The position numbers and the translations under genes were made by a program. 38,695 bases of DNA from Reclinomonas americana ATCC 50394 (lineage: Eukaryota). Positions 17,108-28,713 of the stretch are shown piece by piece; positions within the stretch are counted from its first letter, which is position 1, and each line of letters begins with the position of its first letter. Under the pieces are notes generated by a model. The model ran no database searches. It saw only the letters and a program-made list of their open reading frames with translations, and was not told the origin of the DNA. The stretch spans positions 41,465 through 80,159 of the forward strand of contig PS015545.1 in assembly GCA_048213135.1 (NCBI GenBank), written 5' to 3'.

Positions 17108-19746
17108 CTAAAACATGTAAGGTGACACCGTGGTGGTGGCCACATGCACAGTCGAGTGCGACGGCAGGTGCGACGGTGGTGGAACGGACGGTGGTGGTGG
17201 TGGTGGTGGCGGCGGCGCCGTTGTCGACGAAGTACCTGTGTGTACAGTTGTCGCCGCTGCTGCTTGCGCTGCGCATGCTGTCGCATATGCAGGAGTGTGG
17301 TCGACGTGCACCGTTGTTGCCATAACAAACAGCGACAGGGACGGTTCGTACGGGTAGAGGATGCGACTGCCGGCGCAGGTCAGAGCCACAGGCTCCGACA
17401 GATCTCGAACATGCCACGACTCCGACTCTGCGTAACACACACACACACAGTGAGTCCTGCGAGGCGAGGCACGCCAGCACACATGCACGAATGAGCGCGC
17501 AACTCGTAATGCACTGTGTCACACTGCCACGCAGCAGCACTTGCGCACAAAAAGCCACCGTGTCTTGACACGGCAGCGACAGATCAAACAGCCTGCACAC
17601 GCACACGGCCATGAGGAGAGCGGCAGCGCTTCGCCAAGCACACTCATCGTGGAACGCAACGAGGGACAACCGGCACACTTGCCGTGCTGCGCCAAGAGTG
17701 CGTACGCCATCGGACTGCAATACAGCACTGCGCGCGCGCGGCAATCAGCACAGGGTCTCCTCCTGACACAAACACACGCACGCACACTTGCACTCACCTC
17801 GTCCTTCTGTGTTCAGCAAAAACACCATGCCAGGGTGGTGCTGGAATGTGTTCTGCACCAGCGAGCTGACGGCAGGCGCGAACATCTCGCGACTGCACAA
17901 CACTTGCGGTGGCAGACTGAGCAGGTGCGTCATCGGGAGCACGTGATCGCTGAGGTCGGGCCCACACCCGGCCGCTTGCCGTGCCCCCTCACAGCCAGAC
18001 TCTGCGCGCGTGCGTGTCATGATGAGTGCCAGCCACCGCCACCGCCACACCACCAAGTCAAGTTTTCGGACAAACCGAGTTGTTCTTCGAGTGCACCCAT
18101 GCCACCGCCCGCATTGTGTGGTGGCGGGAAGGTGTAGACAGGCGGCCATGCAGATGACGACGAGACAGGCGCGGGATGAACTGCCATCGGTGGCCACTAC
18201 ATGGCAACCAGTTGGCGGGTCAACAATGGCAAAAAACAGAAGACAAACACAACAAAGAGCGCGCGAGGACCGCGCCAGTGCACACACGACTAGTGAACAG
18301 GCAAGGGCAGTGCAACGCAGGAGAGGCAAAGGTGGGAGGGAGGGGCAGTCGTGCCGTTGAGTGATTGTGTCTCCTTCGCAACACATGCCAAAAGAAGAAA
18401 GAATATTCTCGCAGTCAGTCGCTCACCGAAACAAGCTCCGGCGACTGCTGTTGCTGCTGCTGCCACACGGTCGACGATGGTAGAACCGTGTTCTCCATCG
18501 GAAGCTGAACTCGCAGATTTGGGCGTTTGCGCGGTGGCGGACATACCGAGAGCGAAAGATTTTCGTCTTTCGCCTCCTCCTCCGCTTCATCCTCATCCTC
18601 CTCCTCCTCCTCCTCATCATCCTCATCGTCCACACTTCGCTTTCTCCGCCCACCTGTACGCCTCGTGTCTCGCGCACGTTTGCGACTCAATCGATTTCCA
18701 CCGGCCTTTGAGTGGTGCACTGCAGTGAGAGATATGGTTGGTTTTCCGAGATTGTCGACAAAAGAGGCAACTCGGCAAACCTTGCTCCTCCTCATGCCCT
18801 GCCCGCGCAGAAGCAAGGGTGTCGCAATCGTGGTCCGCCTCCATCTGCTGCTTGCGCGCTTGCAGTGCAGGACGACCCGTGACCAAAGGAGTATCCAGTG
18901 CCAACTTTGTCGGCGGCTGCATTCCGTGAGCCCTCATCTTGCGGCGTTCCTTGGCACGGCGGTTTTGGTACCAGATGTCAACGACTTTCCTGTGCACGAG
19001 CACGCAACGCACCAGCGAATGGTCAGCAGCATTCTCCGCAAGGCCATGAGAAGTACAGGATATATCGCCGGAAGGTGAAAAGACAGCACAGCGAGGGATA
19101 TGCAAAAAGAACGGCCACGATCGATTCTTCTCTCTTTTCTTAACTTCCCCTTGCTCTCTGTCTCCGCCGCACTGCACCTCAACTCTCACAACGACCGACA
19201 CAATTACAATATCTCGACAATGAGATCGCACCAGCACCCGCGGGGAGTACACAACAAACAGCAATAAAAAAACAACACAAAACAGAGAAATATATCCAGA
19301 CACGCATAGCATACGAGAGTGGCGACGCAACAGTGGCAGACCCAGCTGGCCAGCGACCGCGCTCTTGTCCTTGCGCGACGGGTACCGGTTGCTCACAAAC
19401 ACCGCCTCCAGAACCACTTTCTGTGCACACACACAGTGTCAAACACACAGGGAAAAGTCTGTCTCTCTCTCTCTTCTCTGCCACCAACCTCGGCCACTGT
19501 CAGTCGCCGTGGCACTGATGTGCGTTCAGGCCCGTCTTCGTCCTCCATCTCCTCCTCCTCCTCGTCTTCGTCCTCCTCCTCGTCGTCGTCTGCGTGTTGC
19601 TCACGGCGACCACCATGACGATGACCGATCGGGATGTGGTGTTGCTGCTGCTGTTCGAGTTCTGCTAGTGGGACAGTGGGTTCGTGATGCTGATCGGCAT
19701 GATCGTCGAGGAGGTACGTGAATGCTGATGGCGCCACGCGATACAT
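17108..19746 (-). CDS. Homeodomain transcription factor (non-TALE, Q50) with a C-terminal PAS-like domain, about 526 aa, 9 exons
   Basis: Exons 19746-19489, 19420-19332, 18989-18781, 18653-18427, 18196-18076, 18001-17798, 17727-17679, 17592-17489 and 17427-17108 are all phase-compatible (1581 nt). Homeodomain: RRLTVAE|KVVLEAVFVSNRYPSRKDKSAVAGQLGLPL|KVVDIWYQNRRAKERR. PAS-like segment: FQHHPGMVFLLNTEGR|VLYCSPMAYALL. The homeodomain call is secure. The PAS call is by pattern only. Confidence 0.8.
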
Positions 19747-20387
19747 TTGTCGTCGATGCAGACAAGTAACGCGCGCTCCACACAGGCGAAAGAAAAAGAA
19801 AGTGCGTGAAAAGCGACTGCAAATTGCGGCGATGACCATAAAGAGTAGTGAGCGCCTTTCAGTAATGTGCGAGGAGAGCGAAGCAAAGAAGGAGACAGAG
19901 AGCGAGAGAGACAGAGAAGCGTGTCCGTCTCCGCGTTCTCGGAGAGTACGCGCGTCTACCAGCACGTGTGTCAGTGGGGGACGGACGCCGACGCATTGTA
20001 CTGAAACTCTTGCGATGGTAAAATATATGTGCGTCGTCGTGTTCAGACAGACAGACGCACAACGCAAAAAAAGTGTGCACATTGCCACGCACCGCAGATG
20101 ACGACCGTGGTGGATTCCAGATTCCCTCTGCGCCAGCTGTGAACTTTATTGCACCTTCGACTGGCATCTGCCTAACACAGCAAGTGTGCGTGGGTGGCGA
20201 ACGCATCTCGTGGGCAGACACACGGGTAGATGCCACGACTATTCGCCCCGATAGCTCGTCACACCTACCGTCGGCATGCAACGCTGTGGAGGAGGGCGCT
20301 TAAGAAATTTGCGCATATGCTCAAACGACGAAAAAGGATAAAAACTGTGGCAGTTTGCGGGTAACTCACCTGTTGACCAGTCGGCGA

Positions 20388-23300
20388 TCACAACAGGAGT
20401 TTGTCGTCGCCGAGTAGCACCTCTGCCGCGGAGTGTGGATGCAGAGAGCAGAGATACGGCAGGCCAACAGGTCCGAGTCCAATAAGAAACTCCTGCACGC
20501 GATGTACGGTAAGTACATTGAGTGGTATTGCAGCAGTGTCCCACGCACACGCGTGACGCGGGAAGAGTGTGTGAGCAGATGTGACGAGTGACGCAACTCG
20601 ATAGGCACTCAGATAATCGTGCTTGGTCCACATCAGCGCCCGCAAGTGCGCACTCCACGCCGAGTGCAGCAGTGGCAAGCGATTGAGGAGAGTGAGACGC
20701 ACAGAGCCACACAGCGGATTGACACAGGCGCAAGCCAGCACCGCAAAGGCGGCGGAGAAGCGCGGCTGCATCCGTCCAGCCACCATCCGTGAGACCGGGA
20801 TTTGTGGAGGGAGGAATATTCTTTTTGCACGACAACGATTGATGTCAATCACGCAACGACATCGACGACTGTGGCCGTCACGTGCTGCACCATTCTCTGC
20901 AGCTGTGTGACTTGTCGGCCCCCCGCAGCTGCCACCGGTCCCACTGCACTGCCGCGCTCCACGCCGGCCACCCCGTCGACCGCCGGAAGTCGGCTATCGA
21001 GGTCCTCCAGCGACGACAACAACTTGCCGCCAACGTCGGCAAAGCTGCAACAGAATACGCGCGAAATCAGTCAATAGTCAGAAGAAAAAACGACAACAAC
21101 AACAACAGGGCAACTCTGAGAGTGCTACACTGACAGCGTCAGCCACTGACACGGAGGGCGCGACTGAAGATGCCGACGCGGCCACCGGCGCCGTCTAAGC
21201 ACACCGATACAGAAATCAATAATAATATATCGGTCCAACACAAATGCTGCCACACCCGCACCATCAAGGCGGCCACATCCTGCAGTGCTGTGCGCACCAG
21301 GAGGCGTGTGGCCAGCCGAAACATCTTCTTCGCCAGAGCTGCGAATATATTGATGGGTTTTTTTCTTGGCGCGCAGCCCACCAATCATCCAACGGCTGCC
21401 TTTCGCCGCTAACACACTCACCTCGTCCGTCTGCTGCACGGCTGGCGACCATGCAGTACACTTCGTAGGCCACAGTGCGCACCGCGGAGCTCAAATCACT
21501 TCGCTGATGGCGGGAGAAGTTGCGGTGAGTGTACCAAAGTGAATACCACAGTGGAACGGGTGTGCGCGTTCTTCTCAACTGTGGACTCGTCGACAGCCCG
21601 GCAAAAGGCCACCAACATCAGCGCAAAATCATTCAGGACAGACGGCAGTGGCACAGCTTGCATTCTGCTCGCAAGCGCAGCGCAGCACGTCAGGGAAAAA
21701 CAGGACCCACTCCTAGCAAAAGCAAACAAACGCAACAAATGGCCACACAGTCGCAACGCTGCTTCCACCTGCTGATTGCAGTGCGGCTGTGAGCTGCGCA
21801 GTCGCCATGCCACCACCGTCCGCAACAAGCTGCATCGCAATCTCGCCGTCTCTGGCGATCCTCGCGGCCGCTGCACTTCCGGTGTGAGAGACGCCGCCAG
21901 CCAGGCAATGGCGCTCGATTGTCGCTGCGTCGCCGAGAACGACGAGCCAGCAGCCGCGCCAATCACCGTTGACATGTGCCGCGACGATGCCTCCGCACTG
22001 CACACCGAAGAGAGAGATAAGAATGTGCGGCACACGGAATGTGCGAGAGCCGCACCTGTCGAGGACTCGCAGCACCACTCTGGCCAGCGTGCGACCAACA
22101 TATGGGTCCGTCGCAAACGAGAGTTGTGCGAGGCAGGCCAGCAGACTTGGCAGGTGTTGGCGAGCGAGCGACCTGTCGGGGTAGGGGTGAGGCACTCCCG
22201 CAAGACAACTGCAGCGCACGGCTGGAATCAACGCCACTCACTCGTCGGCATTCGGCGACAGGAAAAAGTGATCGAGCAGCCACGGCAGGAGACTGGTCGA
22301 AGAGGCCGGGCGGTATATCAACGGTGCGCACTGCTTGATCACACAGGCCACAACGTGCCACACAAACTGCTTGTGCTCCGCCGAAGACACCAGCAGAGTC
22401 TGCAAGTTGAAAAAGTACTTTTCCATGGCCGACTGCACAGAGACGGCCTCGTGAGGGGGCATTCCAGCCACCGTCTCGCGATACAAGCAGCCCATGTTGC
22501 GAAAGGTGTCTGCGGGCGGTCGAGTCAGGCACTGCTGCGCACCAGGCCACACACCTCTTGGATGCTACAAAAACCTTGCACCAGACGCAATCGCTCTGCG
22601 GCAAACTCGGCCTCCGTGCGATATCGCGACACAAACACTTCTGCGCCTGCCGCCGTACGTCGCGCGGTGACGACTCGTGGAAGGAGCCGCCGGAAGCCAG
22701 CACAGTTGGCACTGACCAAGGCAGTCGTCAAGCGCAGCTGCAACGCCGTGCTTCCTTCGCAGTCCAGCATCGCCTGCAGCCACATATTGATGTAGCTGCT
22801 TTCGTATTCCTGCACGCAAAATATAAATGAATCAGTGCAGACGGAGGAGGGCACAGACACGTCGACGAGAGAGCCACCTGCGCCAGCGATGGGAAGGCTG
22901 CCAGCATGGCGCACGCGTATCGCACCGGAAGCGAGCGCTGACGTGCGGAGGTGTTGGCGCGAGTCAGCCAGCGGCTGGCGTTGCCGTATTGCGCCAGCAA
23001 ATCATCCACTTTCTGCACACCACAGTAAGATCACTGTTTCTCGTTTGAGGCGTGCCATTGTCACAACGCACTTTGCGGTGCAGTCGCACGAGGAAGCAGT
23101 CCAGCTCGGCCATGCAGGCGACCAGCGCCTCGAATTGTGCCGCATCGCCCTCGACACTCCTGCACAGGTACGCACAGAACTGAGTCCCACAACAAGCAAG
23201 AAAACAATGACAAGTACGCACGCAGCGCTGGCCATCAGCGACGAGAGGTGGGGCTGCACCTGCAACGCCAGCACATCACAAACATCTGTGGCGAGTGGAT

Positions 23301-26300
23301 CCACTGGTGCTCGTGGCGGAGGAGGTGGAGGCGGTGCGCCACCGCGGGTGGCGGCCAGCTGCGCCAGACGCTGCAGCACGGCCGGATCGTCGTCAAAATC
23401 GTCAAAATCGTCAAACTCGGCGACCGCAGTTGCGGGCGACGGCTGTTTCGGCAGGAGCGCGGACAGACAAAAGGCACCAGCACGACAGGGACCAGACGAT
23501 GAGCTGCGCGGGATTGCGTTACAGGAAAAAGAAGCAACAATGAGCAGCAAAGCGTCACATACCTTGGAGCTGCACTGCGTGCGGCCAGCGGCAGCACTCT
23601 GTTGAGGGCAACACGAACAATCTCCAGACACTACAGCACTGCTGTGAGAAGGCAGACAGATGACACGGCTAACCAGTAAGCGTGCGTGATGCACCTGCGA
23701 GCGGAACTCGGATGAGGCAGCATGCGATGGATGCAACAGCTGGAGTACTGTGCGCGAGAGATACACGTGTCGCACCACGGCCCAGGTCACCTGAAGCACG
23801 CATTGAGCATTGCAGGCCAACAATTGAAGCGCATGGTATATCGACGCAACTTTTTCACGCGCCAGTGCATCGACATCACGAGGCGCGCGCTGTTCGAGTC
23901 GTGCCAACACAGAGCGACACGACACGATGCACGCAAGTATCGACAGACACAACCGACGCTCATCGTCCTTGCGAAAGGCGTCGGCTGGCGACGGTGGTGG
24001 TGGCGGCGGCGGCGGTGTGGGCGCAGCACCACTGCCGCCGCTTTTGCCACCGAGAATCTGTCGCATCGATACCGTCGACGTGGACGACGACGTGGTGGGT
24101 CGACTTGGTTGCTGCGTTGCAGCACTGCCTCCGGGAGGAGCAGATGGAACGGAACAGTGCAGTGGTGCGAGGAGCTCGGCAGCCGACTGCACCACAGATT
24201 CAGACGACGCTCTCTTTCTACGCCAGCATGAAAAGCATCGTGTAACTTGTACTTTCTCGGGCTCCCCACGAAATATTGCCACCGCCAGCAAGCAACGAAT
24301 GGCGTCGACCACTGTGTCACGCAGTTGCGAATCGAGCTGACCAGGCACGTACAGAGCTGCACCACAGTGTGAGATGCGTGGAGGTAGGCGCGGACGACAC
24401 ACACGAAGAACATGCCTTCCCATCGCTTCACCATGGTGCGCCACTGGCTGTCGGCAGCCGCCGAGGCCACCGACAGCAGCAGCGCCAAGCATGCGCGCAA
24501 ATGACCTCCGTGTGCCTGCATGCTGCTGTCAGTGACAGAAGCAAGCGACAGCACCATCGCGACTCGTGCGCGGGAGACGTACTCTACGCTGTGCGCCAAA
24601 CGGTGCCGACGGCAGCAGCTGGAACAACTGGGAAATCAGTCGATTGCCGAGTGTCGTAGCACGGCGACGACTCTCTTCATCTCTGTGGCGCACGAGTCAG
24701 CTGGCTGAAAACAAATCTCTGGAGACACCAGCATCTTCTTGTCACTCACCCACTAGCCGCTTGCGCATTGACCAGGCGCACGTTTGCATGCACAAGCTTG
24801 AGAAGAATGCATTCGAGCGAGTCAACGGGCTCCCGACAGCACGGCACAGTTCCATCGTAGTGATCCTGCCAGCGAGTGCTTATTAATCAGAAAAGAAGGG
24901 AGCAGCGACGCGAGAAACAAAATACACGAAACCAGGAACGGAGGAAACTTGCGCCCGGCAACACTCAGCGATGCATCAGCGGACACCATCGTCAGATGTT
25001 GCTTCCACAGTGCAGGCACCAGCGACGGCGGACAAGGACCCCAGAACCCAACCAGATCCAGCACGCGTGCAAGGAGGGTTTTGAGGAAATCGGCACGCAG
25101 ACTTACACGACTGCGGTTACCGGGCGTAGAAAGAAATGAGCCTAGTGCTCTCTCACACACACACGCACGAGGGAGACCACATTGCAAGTCAACAACAACA
25201 CACCGCAGAATATCGACGGAACCGAGGCGGGAGCAGCCGTGGTTGGAGTCAAAGGACGACAACTGTGGCGTGCATCTGTCGCTGGGCAAGAGTGCGACGT
25301 CCGGCGACGCGAGCAGCATCTCCACCAGTGGCCAGTTGGCGGCATCCGTCGTCGTGTGGCCCTCGTTGTCACACTTTATCGACTCGAGGATCTCCGCAAA
25401 CGTGAACAGTGCACACCAGCAGAATTCAAGAACGTCTGCACACGCGACATTACTCTCAGAAGGAGAGAGCACAAATGACATCAACGAGGCCATTATACCT
25501 TCGCGGAACGCCACACGGAGAGTCGAGGGCTTGAAAAGCGGCGCATTGGCGGGTAGAAGCGGATCTGAGACGGCCACCGGCTGATCGATCACCACTCGCG
25601 GCAAGCCGGGGATGTGTCGGAGAGTGGCACACACGGCATTGAGGACGCTCCACAGCGAATGCAGGCGACTGCCGTCGGCCTCGACAAAGTGCTGCGAGTG
25701 CCAAGTGAGCGAAAAAGAAAGCATCTACATTCTCTCACCGCCGCCACTCACCGGCAGCGCGAACGCCATGTGCGCCACCAAGTATGCACATGGTGCTTGT
25801 GCGAGCAGCGTCAGTGACGACACTCCTTCCGGCACCTTCATCTGCGCCGGAGCTGTGCACGCATCGTCAAGGAGCGGACGGAGGGATGATGGCGCGCACA
25901 CACAATCGCAGGGGGGGAAAAGAAGGATATCTGGTGATGACCACCATCAGCTGGCGCACGAGCTGCCGCGCATACGTCGGCGCATCTATCCACAGCATGC
26001 GTCGCAGTACCGGATGTCCGTGCAGCAGACGCAACCACTCGAGGCCGTGACAGTGCACCACGACGGCCAGCTGGCGAGCGGCATGCGACGCCTGCTCCGC
26101 CAACTCGCCGACAGAGACCAGCAGTGCGCGCCAACCTCGCTCCAGCCACTGCAACAGACGACAGGCGCGATCCAAGGCCGTCACCTGACTGTCATCATCA
26201 CCACTGCCGGCACACATGTCGACCACACGACACAGCCACGCTGTCACTTGTCGACACGTCGACTCGACCGCGTGCACCGTGTCGCCATCGGGCGCGGCGT

Positions 26301-26833
26301 TCCACCGAGCTGCACAGTGCGCCAGTAGACGATACACGCCCTGCTCGTCACTCTGCAAACACGCATGTCTGTCAGTTGCGTGGAGGTGGAGAAGGAGGAG
26401 GAGGAGACCCGAGGTCACGCCCGCACCAGCATCATCAACACTTTCACATCGGAGTTGGCCACTCCAATGACATTCTCCAGTGGCACAGGTGATGCACTGC
26501 ACGCGCACCTGAGAGAGAGCACAGAAGACGCACTTGTGTCTCTCACTCACTCACTCACCATTTCCGCAAGGCAAGTCGTCGCGGGAACACGTCACACACC
26601 GAGTGAAGTGCGGGTGAGGCGCCATCAGAGAGCACTTGTTCTGCGGCTCGCGAGTATGCTGAGTGCAGGTGCGACAGGAGGCCGTCACGTGTCAACTCGA
26701 CTGCGCTGGCAAAGGGCACTTGCAGGACTTCATCTTGGGCGGTCTCCGGCAAGTGCCCTGTGAGAGAAAAGAGAGAGAGAGAGAGTGAGGAGGAGAAAGG
26801 ACGCATGACTTGTGTTCTGAGCTCACCATACAT
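20388..26833 (-). CDS. MMS22L: MMS22-like DNA repair protein (MMS22L/Mus7 family), large multi-exon gene
   Basis: Segments resemble recalled MMS22L motifs in the right order: PFASAV; ALLVSVGELAE...HCHGLEW; APCAY...SLWSVLNAV; DVLEFCWCALFTF...ANWPLVEMLL; LDLVGFWGP...ALWKQH; C-terminal AYREFLIGLG. The likely first exon is ATG TAT G|gtgagc (26833-26827), and the stop is at 20388. I did not resolve every internal exon. Confidence 0.72.
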
Positions 26834-26882
26834 GTGATCATCGAGGAACAAAAGAGAGACGGACGAAGGACAACTCTTCTCT

Positions 26883-28611
26883 TCATTTCTCCTTTTTCTT
26901 GCCATCGGGCCACTGGCGGCGCGGTGCACGGCGCTTACGTGGCGGTTGCTGCTCCTCCTCCTCCTCTTCCTCCTCTTCTTCTTGATTCTCGACCTTTCCA
27001 TTCTCCTTTTCCTCGTCGTCAGCGTCGCGCTTGGCCTTGGTGACGTGCTGCAGTCGGTTTTCGATCCATGTGGCCTCCTCGTCGAGTCCGTGCGAGGCGT
27101 AGAATGCCAGCAGGCGGCGGTAGCGATCACCGAGGTCACATTGGAGCAGCGCGTGCAGCTTATGCAGGCAGACGGGGCACAGGAAAGCCGCCTGTGCGAA
27201 ATCCTCTTCCAAGTGTCCCGACCCGTTCATCAAGCTGCAGTCAGCGGGGGAGGTGGTGGTGGCGATGAGCGATCTCTACCACGGCATTGCTTGTGCATCA
27301 CACGACGCACCAGCAGAAATGAATGCAGTGGTCGAGCCCGAGCAGGTGCGCTGTCTCCCAACGAATCATGTTGGTCAAGGGACGACACAGGCAGCCTCCA
27401 CCACGCGACTCACCGAGTTCGTGTGCCAGCAGCTTGCAGGAGCGTGCCAGTAGCAGTGCCTTGCGAATGGACTCGGCCTCCTCTCGTCGAGCGCGGCTCG
27501 TTTTCTTCTTGTCGCAGATCTCCTGGTACTGCACGTCGCACGCAAAAGAAGTGAGAAAACGTGCACACTCTCCCTCCCAAGTGTCGCACAAGCCAACCTC
27601 CTCCGTGTACGACCGCTGGTGCCAGAACTCGCAGCTGAACTCGAGTGCCGGGTCGTACCGTGCAGTGCTGAACACCTGCAATGCATGTCAGTGTACGCGG
27701 CCTTCAATTTCCCCGTCATCTCTGCTCCCCCCCACGCAACAGCCACTCTACGCGCTCCGGCGGCCATGCCAGCCACAAACAGGTCGGTCTTGCACGAGAA
27801 GAGCTCCTCGGAGGTGAGCGCGACCAAGCACAGCGCATCGTCGGGCAGACACTCGCGCAGCGCCATCAACAGCGGATCGACATGAAACTGTCGCTGCTTG
27901 CCATGCCGCCGACACCGCAACACATGCGTCGTCCCATTCACCGCCATGCGCATGCTCACACTCTCCTCCCTCTCCTTCTCATCTTCGTCATCTTCCTCGT
28001 CGCGTTCCTCGACCAGAGAAGCCGGCGGCAGCAAGTGCACCGGCATGGTGTGATAAAACGCCTCCACAAACTCGCGCAACGCCGCAAACTCCATCAACGG
28101 ACACTCGCCAATCTGCAGCAGATACACGCGGCCTTCGGGGTACCTCTCCATCATCGACGCACCCTGCACACATGCGTAAGGGACAAGTCGCGAATGACGT
28201 GTGCGCGCGCGTGCGTGCGATGAAACCTCCGGGCGAAACGCCTGTCGCGTGGTGTACTTGACACGACGACCAGAGATCCACGGGCACTCGTCGACAAACT
28301 GCGCATACTTTTGACCCTCCTTTTCTCGCACCATGCATGAGCAACCATGAACACGCGCGAAAAAGTCGAACACACAGCACAACACACCTCGACATACTGC
28401 GCCAGCCAGTCGTCCTCACTGGTGGGCGCCGGCAGCGGAGCAAAGTGCGCGGCAGTCGGCTCATACCACCCACGCGGAGACGCGCCAATCGCGGCCACAC
28501 TTTCCGCGCGACTCGGTCTGCACAGTACAAAATAAGCAAGGGGTACGACAAAGAGTTAACAGTTGCAGGAGAAGAGCAGAACCGGCGGAACCCGCGCGCA
28601 AAGGGGATCAT
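26883..28611 (-). CDS. Archaemetzincin (peptidase M54, AMZ1/AMZ2-like zinc metalloprotease)
   Basis: Spliced motifs: DWLAQYVEEGQ, LREFVEAFY, DALCLVALT..ELF...FVAGMA, VFSTARY, RSCKLLAHEL|AHLLGLDHCIHFC|CLMNGSGHLEE...FLCPVCLHKL, and RYRRLLAFY. This is the HExxHxxGxxH site plus the M54 Cys4 motif. An intron at 27351-27413 splits the zinc motif. Confidence 0.92.
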
Positions 28612-28713
28612 GTGGGTGCAGTCGATTTCAATGTCGACATGTGGACAGTGGGTTGCACGCGAGCACGGCCGGCCATTGTCTCGCGCGCGTGTTTGTCCTT
28701 CGTTGTTGTGATA

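Noticed and set aside
21776-22795. 339-aa plus-strand ORF and similar antisense ORFs over MMS22L, AMZ and the VWA gene
   Set aside because: They are antisense shadows of GC-rich coding exons.
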